Below are positions 10,357 to 21,739 of a DNA stretch of 64,000 nucleotides, in pieces. Both the position numbers and the translations under genes were made by a program. Source of the stretch: an uncultured delta proteobacterium (GTDB lineage: Bacteria; Desulfobacterota; Binatia; UBA9968); assembly GCA_963755715.1 (NCBI GenBank), contig CAVWLW010000045.1, positions 43,425-107,424 on the forward strand. Reading direction: 5' to 3'. Each line of letters starts with the position of its first letter. Within the stretch, counting starts at the first letter, position 1. Under the pieces are notes generated by a model. The model was not told where the DNA came from and made no database searches. It saw only the letters and a program-made list of their open reading frames with translations.

Positions 10357-11367
10357 GTGATGATTCTAAACTACAGCCGCAACTTATCCGCGCCCTTCTT
10401 CGTGTTCGTCATCGTGTTCATCGGTGGCTTCACGAGCAGTGTCTCATTTGCCGCTAACTCGACGGTGCGCGTAGGCTACCCGCAGCCGAGCGGCGCGATG
10501 CTGCCGCTTTGGCTGGTTAGCGACGCCAAGCTCGATCTGAAGTACGGCGTACCGGTGCAGAATATTTTTATTTCCGGCGCCGCCCGGATGAATCAATCGA
10601 TGGTCGCCGGCGATATCGATCTCGCCAGCATCGGCGGCGCAGTGGTGAATACCGTCTTGGCCGGAGGTGACTTAGTCGCCATCGCGGTGGGCGTGCCGAC
10701 TTACGGTTTTTCTCTTTACGCGAAACCGGAAGTCAAAGACATCGCCAGCCTGCACGGCAAAGTCGTCGGTATCATGAGCAAAGGCGCGTCCTCGGAGCAC
10801 GCCGTCATCGCGCTGCTGCAGCGCAACAACCTGCAACCCGGCAAGGATGTGAAGTTTATCTATCTCGGTGGCGTGCGCGAAGTGCTGGCGGCCATCGATC
10901 GGGGCATCGTTTCCGCCGGCGTGTTGTCGTCACCGACCACTTTAGCGGCGCGCCGCTTGGGTCAAAAGGAGCTAGTCAATATCGCGTCGCTAAACTTGCC
11001 TTACATTCACAGCGGCGTGGCGACCCGGCGCATCTTTACGCGGCAACAGCCGGAAGCCGTGAAAGCGTATCTGCGGGCGTATATTGCGGCGATCAAGATC
11101 GCCAATGAAGACGCCGAAACCAGCAAGCGCGCGCTGTCCCGTTATCTCGTGACCAGCGACAGCGCGATTCTCGAGGAAGCTTATCAAGCCTTCCGGGGAA
11201 TTTTTCCGCGCGTGCCTTACGTGACCGAGGATTACATCAAATCGGTCATCGCCGTGTCGGACAATCCGAAGGCGGCCGGCGCCAATCCAAAAGATTTTTT
11301 CGACAACCGATTTTTGAAAGAGATCGAAGACAGCGGCTTCGTTCAGGAGCTTTATGGCCGGCGCTAG
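10357..11367 (+). CDS. ABC substrate-binding protein, NMT1/SsuA/THI5 type
   Basis: Signal peptide; LHGKVVG, GASSE, DFFDNRFLKEIEDSGF C-terminal signature. Confidence 0.85.
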   Translation: MMILNYSRNLSAPFFVFVIVFIGGFTSSVSFAANSTVRVGYPQPSGAMLPLWLVSDAKLDLKYGVPVQNIFISGAARMNQSMVAGDIDLASIGGAVVNTVLAGGDLVAIAVGVPTYGFSLYAKPEVKDIASLHGKVVGIMSKGASSEHAVIALLQRNNLQPGKDVKFIYLGGVREVLAAIDRGIVSAGVLSSPTTLAARRLGQKELVNIASLNLPYIHSGVATRRIFTRQQPEAVKAYLRAYIAAIKIANEDAETSKRALSRYLVTSDSAILEEAYQAFRGIFPRVPYVTEDYIKSVIAVSDNPKAAGANPKDFFDNRFLKEIEDSGFVQELYGRR

Positions 11368-12381
11368 TCTGTCCAGACGCTCGGCGAGATCGGCGTCGTG
11401 GTTGTTTGTTGTCGGTTGGTTGATCATTGCGGCGTTGTTGCCTCAGAAAATTCTCGCGGCGGCTGTGCCCAGCTACGATCCGCATCGGCTATCCGCAGCC
11501 GAGCGGCGCCATGTTGCCGCTGTGGGTGATTAGCGAGGCGAGGCTCGATCAGAAATATGGTTTCAACTCTCCAGAATATTTATATTTCCGGGGGTGCACG
11601 GCTGACTCAGACCGTGGTATCCGCCGATATCGATATGGCCGCCACGGGCGGCGCAGTGATCAACGCCGTGTTGAGCGGCGCCGAGCTGGTTTACATCGCG
11701 TCCGGCGTGCCCACCTATGGGTTTTCTTTGTATGCCCGTGCCGATGTGAAAGATGTGCCGTCGCTCAAAGGCAAAGTGGTCGGTCTGATGACCAAGGGCG
11801 CTTCTACCGATCACGGCATGACGGCGCTGTTACGCCAATACAATCTTCGTTCTGGTCAGGATGTCAAAATTTTATATCTCGGTGGTGTGCGCGAGGGGTT
11901 GGCTGCTCTGGACCGCGGCATCGTCGCGGCGACGACGATTTCGGCGCCGACGACACTGATGGCACGCCGGCTGGGCTATAAGGAGTTGGTGAACTTCGCC
12001 ACGCTCAAAATTCCCTACGTGCAGCTGGGCATGGTGTCGCGCCGGTCGTTATTGCGCCAACAGCCGGAGCGGATCAAAGCTTTTCTCAGAGCCTATGTTG
12101 CGGCGATCAAAGTGGTCAACGAGGATGCGGATGTGAGCAGACGCGCGCTGGCGAAGTATCTGGCGACTTCGGATGGTCCGATCATCGAGGAGGCCTACCA
12201 GGCTTATCGCGGCATCTTTCCCAAAGTCCCCTACATGACCGAGGAGCAGATCGTTTCGATCCTGGCGGTCGCGGATCATCCCAAGGCGGCCGGCGCCGAC
12301 CCCAAGGAGTTCTTTGACAACCGCTTCATTAAGGAGTTAGAAGATAGTGGATTTGTAAAGGAACTCTATGGTCAGAAGTAA
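11354..12381 (+). CDS. ABC substrate-binding protein, NMT1 type; tandem paralog of the previous gene; apparent frameshifts (~11465, ~11562)
   Basis: Shares GYPQPSGAMLPLW, GVPTYGFSLYA, YLGGVRE and FFDNRF with the upstream gene; split over three frames. Confidence 0.8.
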
Positions 12382-13378
12382 CACAGCAGAGGCCGGAAAA
12401 ATTGCCATTGCGGCATTGATCCTGTTTGTTCTGATTGCTCGGGCATCACAGGCGGCGGACCCTATGGTCGGCATCCATTCGGCCCGTGTCATGTCGCAAT
12501 CGATGCCGTGGATGGCGCAAGAGGCCGGGCTATTCAAGAAATACAATCTCGACTTCAACCTGGTCTTCATTTCATCGTCGAGTATCGTGACCGCGGCGCT
12601 TTTGGGTGGCGACGCCGAGATGACCATCACCGGCGGGATCGGCAACGTGGCGGCCTATGCGCGCGGCTCGACCGATGTCGTATTTATTGGCGGCGTCAAA
12701 AACACCATGACCCAGACCCTGGTCGCCGGCGGCAACATCAAGCGACCGGAAGATCTCAAGGGGAAAAAAATCGGCGTCAGTCGAATCGGCGGCAACTCGC
12801 ACTACTTCACCATACAGGCACTGCGCCGTTTGGGCATGGACGCAAGCTAAGGACGTTCAGTTCATTCAGACGGGCGGCGACCCGAGACCTTGGCAGCGTT
12901 CATTAGCGGCTCGATCGACGTCGCCAATCTGACGCCGCCCACTGACGCGCAGGCGATCGCCAAGGGCTATCACTACGTGATTTACGGCCCCGATCTTAAA
13001 ATTCCCTACGCCGCTACGGCCTTTGTTACCAAGCGTTCTGTGATCGCCAAACGGCCGCAGGTCATCGGCAACTTCATGCGCGCAATGGCTGAAACCGCGA
13101 AGCTCATGCACACCGATCGAGAATTCGTTTACAAGGTGCTTGGCAAATATCTCCGCATCGCCGATCGCAAAGTCCTTGACTCGGCTTACAATGCAGAAAT
13201 TAAAGTGCTGGAGCCGCGCCTGGTGATCAAACTGGACTCGCTGCAAGCGATCATCGATGAGCTGGCGCAAACCGATGCGGGAGCGAAGAAAGTCAAACCG
13301 CAGGAGTTGATAGATAACCGTTACCTCGATGAGATGGAAAAGAGTGGATTTTTCGATCAACTTTGGGCTAAGAAGTAA
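12368..13378 (+). CDS. ABC substrate-binding protein, NMT1 type; apparent frameshifts (~12848-12885)
   Basis: AQEAGLFKKYNL, EDLKGKKIGVSRIGG, then IDNRYLDEMEKSGF in the following ORF. Confidence 0.8.
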
Positions 13379-13398
13379 GATAACCAAAAGGAGGAGCC

Positions 13399-14538
13399 AT
13401 GGAACAATCAATTATCTCGTCGGATTCTCACGTAATCGAGGTGCCGGATCTATGGGAAAAGGGAATGCCCGCTTCATTCAGAGAGCGCGCGCCGAAGGCA
13501 TTCTTTGACGAAAAGCGCGACGCCTGGATGTTCGGCTCGCCGGAAGTGCAAATCCAAGCCGTCGGTGGGTTGTTCATGGCCGGCCAACAACCGGAGAACC
13601 TGGAAAAGTTTCGCAGAGCGGGCTTCGCGGTAGCACGCCCGGGCGGCTGGGATCCGATCGTACGGCAAGATGACATGGTCACCGATGGCGTGGCGGCCGA
13701 AGTTCTTTATCCCAGCCTTGGGCTCGGGTTGTACTGTGTAAAAGACGCGGCTTTACAGGAAAGCCTTTTCAGAACTTACAACGATTGGATCATCGACTAC
13801 TGCAGTAAAGTGCCGGATCGGCTGTTCGGCATCGCGCTGATTTCCATGTATGACGTCGATCACGCGATTGCTGAGATGGAACGTTGCAAGAAAGCGGGCG
13901 GCATCGTCGGCACGATGATCTGGCAGGTGCCAGACCCGAGGTTTCCTTTTACCTCCGACCATTATGAGCGCTTCTGGGCGGCATCGCAGGATCTCGATCT
14001 GCCGGTTCATCTGCACATCCTGACCGGCTTCGGCGACAGCATGAACCGTCAGACCAGCCACGGCATCAACCGCTACCGCATCGGCGTGCAGCAGACCAAA
14101 GAAATCGAAGACGCGCTGTTCGACATGATTTTTTCCGGCGTGCTGGAACGTTATTCCAAATTAAAAGTCGTCTCGGTGGAAAACGAGATCGGCTGGATGC
14201 CGTTCTGGCTGGAGAAATGCGACAAAGCCTACAAACGGCACCGTCATTCGGAAAAAGTTCCCATGACCAAGTTGCCGAGCGAGTATTTCGCCGAGCAGAT
14301 TTACGCGACCTTTTTTAACGACCGCGTCGGCGGGCAGCTCTTCTCTTGGTGGGGCGTGGACAACTGCATGTGGTCGAACGATTATCCGCACCAGAATTCC
14401 ACCTGGCCGAACTCGCGGGCCGTCATCGAGCGCGACATGGCGCATCTTTCGGCAGCGGACCGCGACAAATTGTTAAACACGAACGTGCGCAAGTTATACA
14501 AACTGAATACGCCGGCTTCGCTGCCCAAGGCGGCGTAA
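13399..14538 (+). CDS. Amidohydrolase family protein (Amidohydro_2)
   Basis: GGAGG RBS; ISSDSHVIE, AEVLYPS, WSNDYPH. Confidence 0.9.
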   Translation: MEQSIISSDSHVIEVPDLWEKGMPASFRERAPKAFFDEKRDAWMFGSPEVQIQAVGGLFMAGQQPENLEKFRRAGFAVARPGGWDPIVRQDDMVTDGVAAEVLYPSLGLGLYCVKDAALQESLFRTYNDWIIDYCSKVPDRLFGIALISMYDVDHAIAEMERCKKAGGIVGTMIWQVPDPRFPFTSDHYERFWAASQDLDLPVHLHILTGFGDSMNRQTSHGINRYRIGVQQTKEIEDALFDMIFSGVLERYSKLKVVSVENEIGWMPFWLEKCDKAYKRHRHSEKVPMTKLPSEYFAEQIYATFFNDRVGGQLFSWWGVDNCMWSNDYPHQNSTWPNSRAVIERDMAHLSAADRDKLLNTNVRKLYKLNTPASLPKAA

Positions 14539-14579
14539 GGTTGCGCGCTGGCCAATCACAAGACCTCGGAGGTAAAGTT

Positions 14580-15599
14580 ATGGAACTACGGGACGCCATA
14601 AAAGTTTTGGATTCCGACGCGCACGCGCGCGATTTCGACGCCGAGATCAGGCCTTATCTGCCGGAGCCGTATCGCAATCAAAAGGCCTCTTTGATTCCCA
14701 GCGAACATTATGACCGTAACCTCGGCGGTACTTTGGGTCACGGGGGCGCGAAAGTCGAGGAGCGGCTGGCCGCCATGGACACCCAACAAATCGACACCGC
14801 CGTGATGTTTCCCACCAGCGGTCTGGGGCTTGGTCGGGTGCGCGATCCCCAGTTCCAAACCGCGCTGTGCCGAGCGTACAACGATTTTATCTCCGATTAC
14901 TGTAAAGCATCACCGCGCTTAAAAGCTGTCGCCAATTTGCCGGTCAACAATCCGGCGGAATGCGCTAAGGAGCTCAACCGCGCCGTTACGAAGCTCGATC
15001 TGTGCGGCGGCATGTTGGTCGCGCAGGCGCACCGCAAGAACTTGGGGAGTCCCGAGTTCTATCCGCTCTATGAAGAAGCGCAACGCTTGAACACGCCAAT
15101 CACGATCCACGCTTTCGGTGGCGACGAGCCGGGCAGCGAGATTTTCGATCAATTCATCTGTCTGCACACGACGGGGCATCCCTTTCCAGTGCTGCGCCAA
15201 TTGACCGCGATGGTGTTCGGTGGCATTCCGGAAATGTTTCCGAAGCTGCGAATCGGCTATCTCGAAGTCGGCTGCGGCTGGCTGCCCTACTGGGCGGAAC
15301 GGATGGACGAAGAGTGGGAAAAACGCGGTAAAGTGGAGGCGCCGCTGTGCAAGAAAAAGCCGAGCGAATATCTCTACAGTGAAAACAGCTACTATGGCTG
15401 CGAGCCCGAAGAAAAAATGATCAGCTTCGTGGTCAATGAGGTCGGCTCCAAGACGCTGATGTACGCGTCGGACTACCCGCACTGGGATATGAGCTGGCCC
15501 GAATCGGCGACGATCCTGTGGAACCGCGAAGACCTTTCGTTCGACACTAAAAAGGATTTGCTGCTCAACAATGCGAAACGATTTTACAACCTAAGTTGA
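14580..15599 (+). CDS. Amidohydrolase family protein (Amidohydro_2)
   Basis: GGAGGT RBS; LDSDAH, YLEVGCGW, YASDYPHWD; close paralog of 8276 and 42694. Confidence 0.9.
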   Translation: MELRDAIKVLDSDAHARDFDAEIRPYLPEPYRNQKASLIPSEHYDRNLGGTLGHGGAKVEERLAAMDTQQIDTAVMFPTSGLGLGRVRDPQFQTALCRAYNDFISDYCKASPRLKAVANLPVNNPAECAKELNRAVTKLDLCGGMLVAQAHRKNLGSPEFYPLYEEAQRLNTPITIHAFGGDEPGSEIFDQFICLHTTGHPFPVLRQLTAMVFGGIPEMFPKLRIGYLEVGCGWLPYWAERMDEEWEKRGKVEAPLCKKKPSEYLYSENSYYGCEPEEKMISFVVNEVGSKTLMYASDYPHWDMSWPESATILWNREDLSFDTKKDLLLNNAKRFYNLS

Positions 15600-15663
15600 T
15601 CTGCCAAGCCATAATCGCGAGGCTACGAAATAAGACAAGAGAAACCCAGAAGAGGAGAATTGC

Positions 15664-17400
15664 ATGATCCAAACCAAAGGACTGACTGGCGCCCAAACGA
15701 TGTTGCGTGTACTCGCAAAGATGGGCGTGGAGAAAATCTTCGCGTCGCCCGGCTCGGAGTGGTCGCCGGTGTGGGAAGCCCTAGCGGAACCGGGCGTGGA
15801 AGGCATGCCGCAATACTTGAGCACGCGCCACGAGGAAGTCGCTGTCGGCATGGCCAGCGGTTACGCCAAGTCGACGGGCAAACTGCCGGCCGTGATGATT
15901 CACACCACCGTCGGCTCGTTGCATGCGACCATGGGCATGCGCGGCGCGATTCGCGAGCAAGTGCCGATGGTGGTCTTCAGCGGCGAATCGATCGGCTATG
16001 GCGAAGACGAAGGGCCCGATCCAGGAGCTCAGTGGTTGGGCCATCTCTCCAATATCGGCGGTCCCGCAAAGCTGGTCGAGCAAACCGTTAAATGGAGTTT
16101 CGGCGTCAACAACAAAGCGATTTTGCCGGCGACCATCCAGCGCGCCTGTCAGCTCGCCATGGCGGCGCCCAAGGGCCCGACCTTCGTGTCGCTGTCGATG
16201 GAGCATCTGTTCGACAAGATGATCAAGGATGTTCCGGGGGATCTCGGATTCGCGCCGGGCGCGACCGCCGATGCGAAAGGCATCGAAGAGCTCGCGAATC
16301 TGTTGGCCGGCGCGAAGAATCCGGTGATCGTCACCGAAGATTCGGGCCGCACGGAGAAATCGGTGCATTGCCTGGTCGAGATCGCCGAGCTACTGGGCTG
16401 CGCGGTCGTCGAGACTCGCAGCACGGGTGCGCTCAACTTTCCGCGCAACCACCCGTTGCACAGCGGCTACGATCCGCGCAAGGCTTTAGCGGGCGCGGAT
16501 GCGATTCTTCTGCTTGCGGTGATCGCGCCGTGGCATCCGGCTTCGGCTACGCCTTCGCCGGGCGCAACGGTGGCGATTCTCGATGAGAATCCGCTGCGCC
16601 ACGATATGCCGTACTACGGCTATCAGGCGGATCTCTGCTTGACAGGCGAGATCGAAAGCTCGCTCGAGCACCTGCTCGCGGCGTTAAAGAAGAAGATCTC
16701 GGCGGGAGACTCGTCGCGCAAGCAGCGCGCGGAAGAAATCGGCAAGAAAAACAACGCGCAGAGAAAAGCGTGGCGCGATGAGGCGATGGCGCTCGCAAGC
16801 CAAAAGCCGATGGACACGCGCTGGGTGGCGCACGAGCTGAGCCAGGTTCTACCGGCCGACGCGATGGTGGTCGAAGAAACTATCACCCATCGCCTGGCGG
16901 TGCACCGCTACCTCGACGGCGTGAAGCCGGGATCCTATTTTGCCGGCTGCGTCGGCGGTTTGGGCACCGGCCTTTCGACCGCGTTGGGAGTGAAATCGGC
17001 CAATCCGAAACGGCCGGTGGTCTGCCTGATCGGCGACGGCTCGTTTAACTACGATCCGGTCCCCGCCGTGTACGGCGCGGCCCAGGAGCATAACCTGCCG
17101 TTCCTGACGGTCATGTTTAACAACCAGGGTTATCTGTCTCAGAAGTCGGGTATTCCCAGATATTACCCGGAGGGTTGGGCGGTCAAGTCCAAGAATTTTT
17201 CCGGGCTACATATCGCGCCGTGCCCTGAGTACGCTCAGATCATTAAAGCGTTCGACGGCTACGGCGAGAAAGTCGAAGAACCGGGCGAAGTGCGCAAGGC
17301 GATCGAGCGCGGTCTGCGCGCTGTGGCCGGCGGCCAGTCGGCATTGCTCGATATCCGGCTGAAACCGGTCGAAGATATCGTCGAGCGGGGAGAAGGGTAG
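15664..17400 (+). CDS. Thiamine diphosphate-binding enzyme (decarboxylase/acetolactate synthase-like)
   Basis: RHEEVAVGMASGY; ThDP motif GDGSF...NN. Confidence 0.9.
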   Translation: MIQTKGLTGAQTMLRVLAKMGVEKIFASPGSEWSPVWEALAEPGVEGMPQYLSTRHEEVAVGMASGYAKSTGKLPAVMIHTTVGSLHATMGMRGAIREQVPMVVFSGESIGYGEDEGPDPGAQWLGHLSNIGGPAKLVEQTVKWSFGVNNKAILPATIQRACQLAMAAPKGPTFVSLSMEHLFDKMIKDVPGDLGFAPGATADAKGIEELANLLAGAKNPVIVTEDSGRTEKSVHCLVEIAELLGCAVVETRSTGALNFPRNHPLHSGYDPRKALAGADAILLLAVIAPWHPASATPSPGATVAILDENPLRHDMPYYGYQADLCLTGEIESSLEHLLAALKKKISAGDSSRKQRAEEIGKKNNAQRKAWRDEAMALASQKPMDTRWVAHELSQVLPADAMVVEETITHRLAVHRYLDGVKPGSYFAGCVGGLGTGLSTALGVKSANPKRPVVCLIGDGSFNYDPVPAVYGAAQEHNLPFLTVMFNNQGYLSQKSGIPRYYPEGWAVKSKNFSGLHIAPCPEYAQIIKAFDGYGEKVEEPGEVRKAIERGLRAVAGGQSALLDIRLKPVEDIVERGEG

Positions 17401-17581
17401 TTGGTCAAGAAAATTTGATTCGTAAGGCGACCGTGTTGGGGCGATGTTCGATGTCAGAGTCGGACATCGCCCTTGTTGTTTCAAGTTAGGAATCGATATC
17501 GCTATGCAAAATTTATCCTTCTTTGGCAACAACCTTATCGTCAGTTCGATAAGTCATAGTGCGGAAGCTTAAGAGCAACCC

Positions 17582-18292
17582 ATGAACGAGACGTTTCATG
17601 ATCAGCTGATCGCGGCGCGCGACAAAAATCACAGCAAAGACCATCCCTTTTTCGATCTGTGGGCGGCCGGTAAGCTCACCAAGGAGCAGACGGCCTTTTA
17701 TTGCACGCAGCACTTTCACTATGTCGGCGACTATCTCAATTGGCTCGCTTATGAAGCGTCGCAGATTCCTCGGCGGGACGTCAAGGCGTTCCTATTCGAA
17801 AATCTCGGCGATGAGGAGAATCCCGACGACCGCCACTTGGATATGTTGAAAGACTACGTCGCGGCGAGCGGTGTCGAACGCGATAGCGTCGAAACGTCGA
17901 TCGTTTTGCCGGGCACGGACCAGTTGCAGAATTGGGGATGGCGGATGGTCTATCACCGACCCTGGCAAGCCGCGCTAGCGGGCATGTTCATCGGCTTGGA
18001 GTCCCAGTTCCTCGATATTTGTAAAAAGATCGTGCCGGCGTTGCACAAACACTACGGTTACAAAGCGCGCGCCCGCGAGATCCGTTTCTTCGAAGAACAC
18101 GTCTATGCCGATGAAATTCACGGCGCCAAGGGATTCGCGATCGTCGAGAAATACTGCGATACGGCGGAGCTGCAGGCGCTTGCCATAAAGCAGATCGAAG
18201 AAGCGACGGTGCGGCGCTGGCGTTACATGAACAGCATTTACTGGTATGTCTTGCACGGCAAAGTCGATGACACGCCGGTGTTACCGACCTAG
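17582..18292 (+). CDS. Heme-oxygenase-like iron redox enzyme (TenA/PqqC/CADD superfamily)
   Basis: HPFF, NLGDEE...H, GLESQ, FFEEHVYADEIHG di-iron ligand pattern. Confidence 0.8.
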   Translation: MNETFHDQLIAARDKNHSKDHPFFDLWAAGKLTKEQTAFYCTQHFHYVGDYLNWLAYEASQIPRRDVKAFLFENLGDEENPDDRHLDMLKDYVAASGVERDSVETSIVLPGTDQLQNWGWRMVYHRPWQAALAGMFIGLESQFLDICKKIVPALHKHYGYKARAREIRFFEEHVYADEIHGAKGFAIVEKYCDTAELQALAIKQIEEATVRRWRYMNSIYWYVLHGKVDDTPVLPT

Positions 18293-18363
18293 CTTTTGGC
18301 ACGATTGAATATTTTCACCCTCTCCAATTGGGAGACGACGTAAGAAAATCAAAAAAGGACATC

Positions 18364-19813
18364 ATGAGTATTCGCATTGACGGCGGAGTAGTGGTGGGCT
18401 GGTCCGGGACCCGTCATGAGATCGTGCCGAATGGCTCGGTTCTCATCGACGGCAATACCGTTAAATCAGTAAGCACGGACAAGTCACAAAGCGCAGACCG
18501 GGTGATCGATGCGGCCGGAAAAATCGTTTGTCCCGGCTTCGTCAATCTGCACGTTCATTCCCAGCTCAATATCGGCGACTATCTGCTCACCGACGTGACG
18601 AAGAAAGATTATCTCGCCGCCAATTGGTTTGTCTTCGGCGCGCCGCTCAAAGAGAAGATCGAACCGCCCGCGCCACCGGCCGTCGCGATGGGGCGGAAAG
18701 TATGCGCTTTATAGCGCGCTCAGAAATGGCGCGACAACCGTCTTGGATCCTGGAGGCGGACCGGGCGCTTTGGATGATTACGTTGCTATCGTCGGACAAA
18801 CCGGCGGTCGGGTGTTTTTCAGCCCGCCGTTCCGGAGCCATGATATTTTCACCGACGCCGAGGGTCGTCACTACTATGAAGAGAGAGCGGACAGGGGACG
18901 CCCGGGTTTGAAAGTCGCGGTGGACTTCATCAAAAAGTTTCATGGCGCGCACAACGGACGCTTGCAAGGTATTCTAAATCCGGCGCAAGCCGAGACCTGC
19001 GAGCCGTCGCTGCTCAAAGAAAGCGTCGCCGCTGCGAAAGAATTGGATGTGCCGATCCATATTCACGCCGGCGGCAACTTTCGTGAGTTTCTCGAAATCC
19101 TAAATAAGTATCGCAAGCCCGTAGCCGAGTATCTCGCCGACGTGGGCATCCTCGGACCGCGCACGACCCTCGGCCACATGGCGATCACCGGCGGCCACTC
19201 GCGGGTCGATTATCCGCGCGGCGACGAGCTGAAGATTCTCGCCGAGACCGGCGCGACCATCGGACACTGTCCGCACAAGTGCGCCAAGATGGCCTTCGCC
19301 ATGGAATCCTTCGACCAGTATCTGGAAGCGGGCGTGCGAATTGGCTTGGGGACGGATACTTATCCCCTCGATATCGTCTCCGAGATGCGTTACGCGTCGC
19401 TGATATCGCGCCTCATCGACAGAAAGGCTTCCGGCGCGAGAGCGGCGGACGTGTTCAACGCTGCGACCATCGGCGGCGCCAATGCGCTCGGCCGCACCGA
19501 TTTGGGCCGGCTCGCCGCCGGAGCGAAGGCCGATGTCGTAATTCTCAATCTGCGCACCACCCGTTACGGTCCCGTGCGCGATCCGATCAACGCGCTGGTC
19601 GAATACGGCAGCGGCGCCGACGTCGAGACAGTAATCGTCGACGGCGAAGTGGTTGTCGAGAACGGCCGTTCCACGCGCATCGATGACGACGAGTTATTTG
19701 CGCAAGCGCAAACCGGCGCCAATCGCGCATGGGATAATTGGGCGGCGCGCGATTGGAACGGCAGAACCGTCGAGCAAATCATTCCGCCGGCTTTTCCGAC
19801 GCGAAAAATTTAA
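18364..19813 (+). CDS. Amidohydrolase/deaminase (chlorohydrolase/SsnA-like); apparent frameshift ~18700
   Basis: PGFVNLHVH, IHIHA, GLGTD, GRLAAGAKADVV. Confidence 0.85.
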
Positions 19814-19925
19814 GAGTAAAACTCTAGGTACACTCTTAAGGAAAGTCCCAGATTCGTGAATTCTCTTTCCGGAGAGAGCATGCTGGCAAGTTCGCATTCG
19901 CAGCTGTGGCACTGACTCTGATGGC

Positions 19926-20012
19926 TGTCATGTCGAGCGCTAGCGAGAGATCTTTCCGAATCGCATCCCCCGCGGCTCGAAGAAAGATTTCTCACATTCG
20001 TTCGAAATGACA
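19926..20012. repeat. REP-like palindromic element (TGTCA...TGACA family)
   Basis: TGTCATGTCGAGCG...GAGAGATCTTTC...GAAAGATTTCTC...TTCGAAATGACA. Confidence 0.7.
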
Positions 20013-20181
20013 TTCGCAGACGTTGAACGGGGCAAACTATCCGTTGCGTTTTTCACTTTCACCTAAAAAGGGGAAACGTGAATTATTCGCTCAATTCAAT
20101 TGACCCGCCGTCATTTTTCCTGCTATCTGAATTCACACTTTCAATTTAGATAGTTAAGTTTCCTGACTAGAAAGGTATGTA

Positions 20182-21726
20182 ATGCGCTACGGTTTCGTCA
20201 TCGACCAGAACCGTTGCATCGGCTGTCATGCGTGCACGGTGGCCTGCAAAGAAGAACACAACATCGCGCTCGGCGTAAATCGCACCTGGGTCAAATACAT
20301 CGAGAAAGGCCGCTATCCCGACACTCGGCGTCACTTCGCGGTGCTGCGCTGCAATCACTGCGACGATGCGCCGTGTATCGAAATTTGTCCGACGGTCTCG
20401 CTGTTTCGCCGACCCGACGGCATCGTCGACTTCGATAATGAGCGCTGCATCGGCTGCAAATCGTGCATGCAAGCCTGCCCCTACGACGCGCTTTACATCG
20501 ATCCTGAACGCAACACCGCGGCTAAGTGTAATTTCGATGCGTCGCGCGTTGAAATGGGTTACAAGCCGGCCTGCGAAGTGGTCTGTCCGACACAGGCGAT
20601 TCTCTCGGGCGATCTCGACGACCCCAATAGTTTGATCAGCAAGCGTGTCGCGTTGGAGAAAGTCAGCGTGCGCAAGCCGGAGAAGGGGACGATGCCAAAA
20701 TTATTTTACGTCGGCGTCGACGGCGATCTGTTGAATCCGACGATGATGGAACCGCAAGCGACGCACTTCTGGGCCGAAAAAGATCCCGGCGAAGATCTCT
20801 ACGCCTTAAAGAGCGCGAACCTGAATCGTCCAATTCCCGGCGCGGCGCGTGAAGTCTACGACGTGCCGCACGCGACGCCTTGGGGGAAAATGATCGCGTC
20901 CTATCTGTGGACGAAGTCGGTCTCCGCCGGCGTACTGCTTTTGGCCGCTTTGTTTCTAAACATGGGATTCGAGCAGGACGCCGTGCTGCTCAACGTGATC
21001 AGCCCGGCGCTGTCGCTGCTGTTTCTCGCCGCGACGATGGTGCTCTTGGTTTTGGATCTAAAAAAGCCCACGCGGTTTTTTTTCTTGCTGACCAAGCCGA
21101 ATCTGAATTCTTGGTTGGTATTGGGCGGCTATGTCCTGATGATTTTTGGTCTCTTGTTGACGTTCTGGCTATTCCAGATCCACACGCAGGGTAGAGTGTC
21201 GCCGTGGGTTATTTGGCCCGCGGCACTCTTCGCGATTGCGTCCGCCGGCTATTCCGCGTTTCTCTTCGCGCAGGCGCGCGGGCGGGATTTTTGGCAGAGC
21301 CCGCTGTTGTTTTGGCACTTGCTCGTCAAGGCCGTGCTCGCCGGCGCGGCGATGTTGATTTTGATCGGCTCGTTGGAGCTTGTGACGCCTTATCGTTTCA
21401 TGAGCCCGCTGATGTTCGCCTGGCTGATCAACATATTAGTAGTTTCGTTGTTTGTCAGCTTGGCGATAATTTTCAGCGAGCTATTCATGAAACACGGCGC
21501 GGAAGATGCCGTGCGCGCCGGTGAGCTCTTACTGCGCGGGCCATTGTGCAAATCCTTTTGGCTTTGTGTCGTCGGTCTGGGTGCCGTCGTGCCGGTCGGA
21601 CTTATTTTCGTGCCGGTCGGATCGCTGATTCCCTTGTATGTCCTCGCTCCCATTTTGGCGCTGTTCGGACTCTGGATGTACGACCATCTCTGGATCAAAG
21701 CAGGCCAAGCGTTACCTCTGAGTTGA
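20182..21726 (+). CDS. Fused 4Fe-4S ferredoxin (PsrB/NrfC-like) and NrfD/PsrC membrane subunit
   Basis: CIGCHACTVAC, CNHCDDAPCIEIC, CIGCKSCMQACP, then PWG and a multi-TM domain with DLKKP...SWL. Confidence 0.9.
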   Translation: MRYGFVIDQNRCIGCHACTVACKEEHNIALGVNRTWVKYIEKGRYPDTRRHFAVLRCNHCDDAPCIEICPTVSLFRRPDGIVDFDNERCIGCKSCMQACPYDALYIDPERNTAAKCNFDASRVEMGYKPACEVVCPTQAILSGDLDDPNSLISKRVALEKVSVRKPEKGTMPKLFYVGVDGDLLNPTMMEPQATHFWAEKDPGEDLYALKSANLNRPIPGAAREVYDVPHATPWGKMIASYLWTKSVSAGVLLLAALFLNMGFEQDAVLLNVISPALSLLFLAATMVLLVLDLKKPTRFFFLLTKPNLNSWLVLGGYVLMIFGLLLTFWLFQIHTQGRVSPWVIWPAALFAIASAGYSAFLFAQARGRDFWQSPLLFWHLLVKAVLAGAAMLILIGSLELVTPYRFMSPLMFAWLINILVVSLFVSLAIIFSELFMKHGAEDAVRAGELLLRGPLCKSFWLCVVGLGAVVPVGLIFVPVGSLIPLYVLAPILALFGLWMYDHLWIKAGQALPLS

Positions 21727-21739
21727 TAAGGAATGAAAC

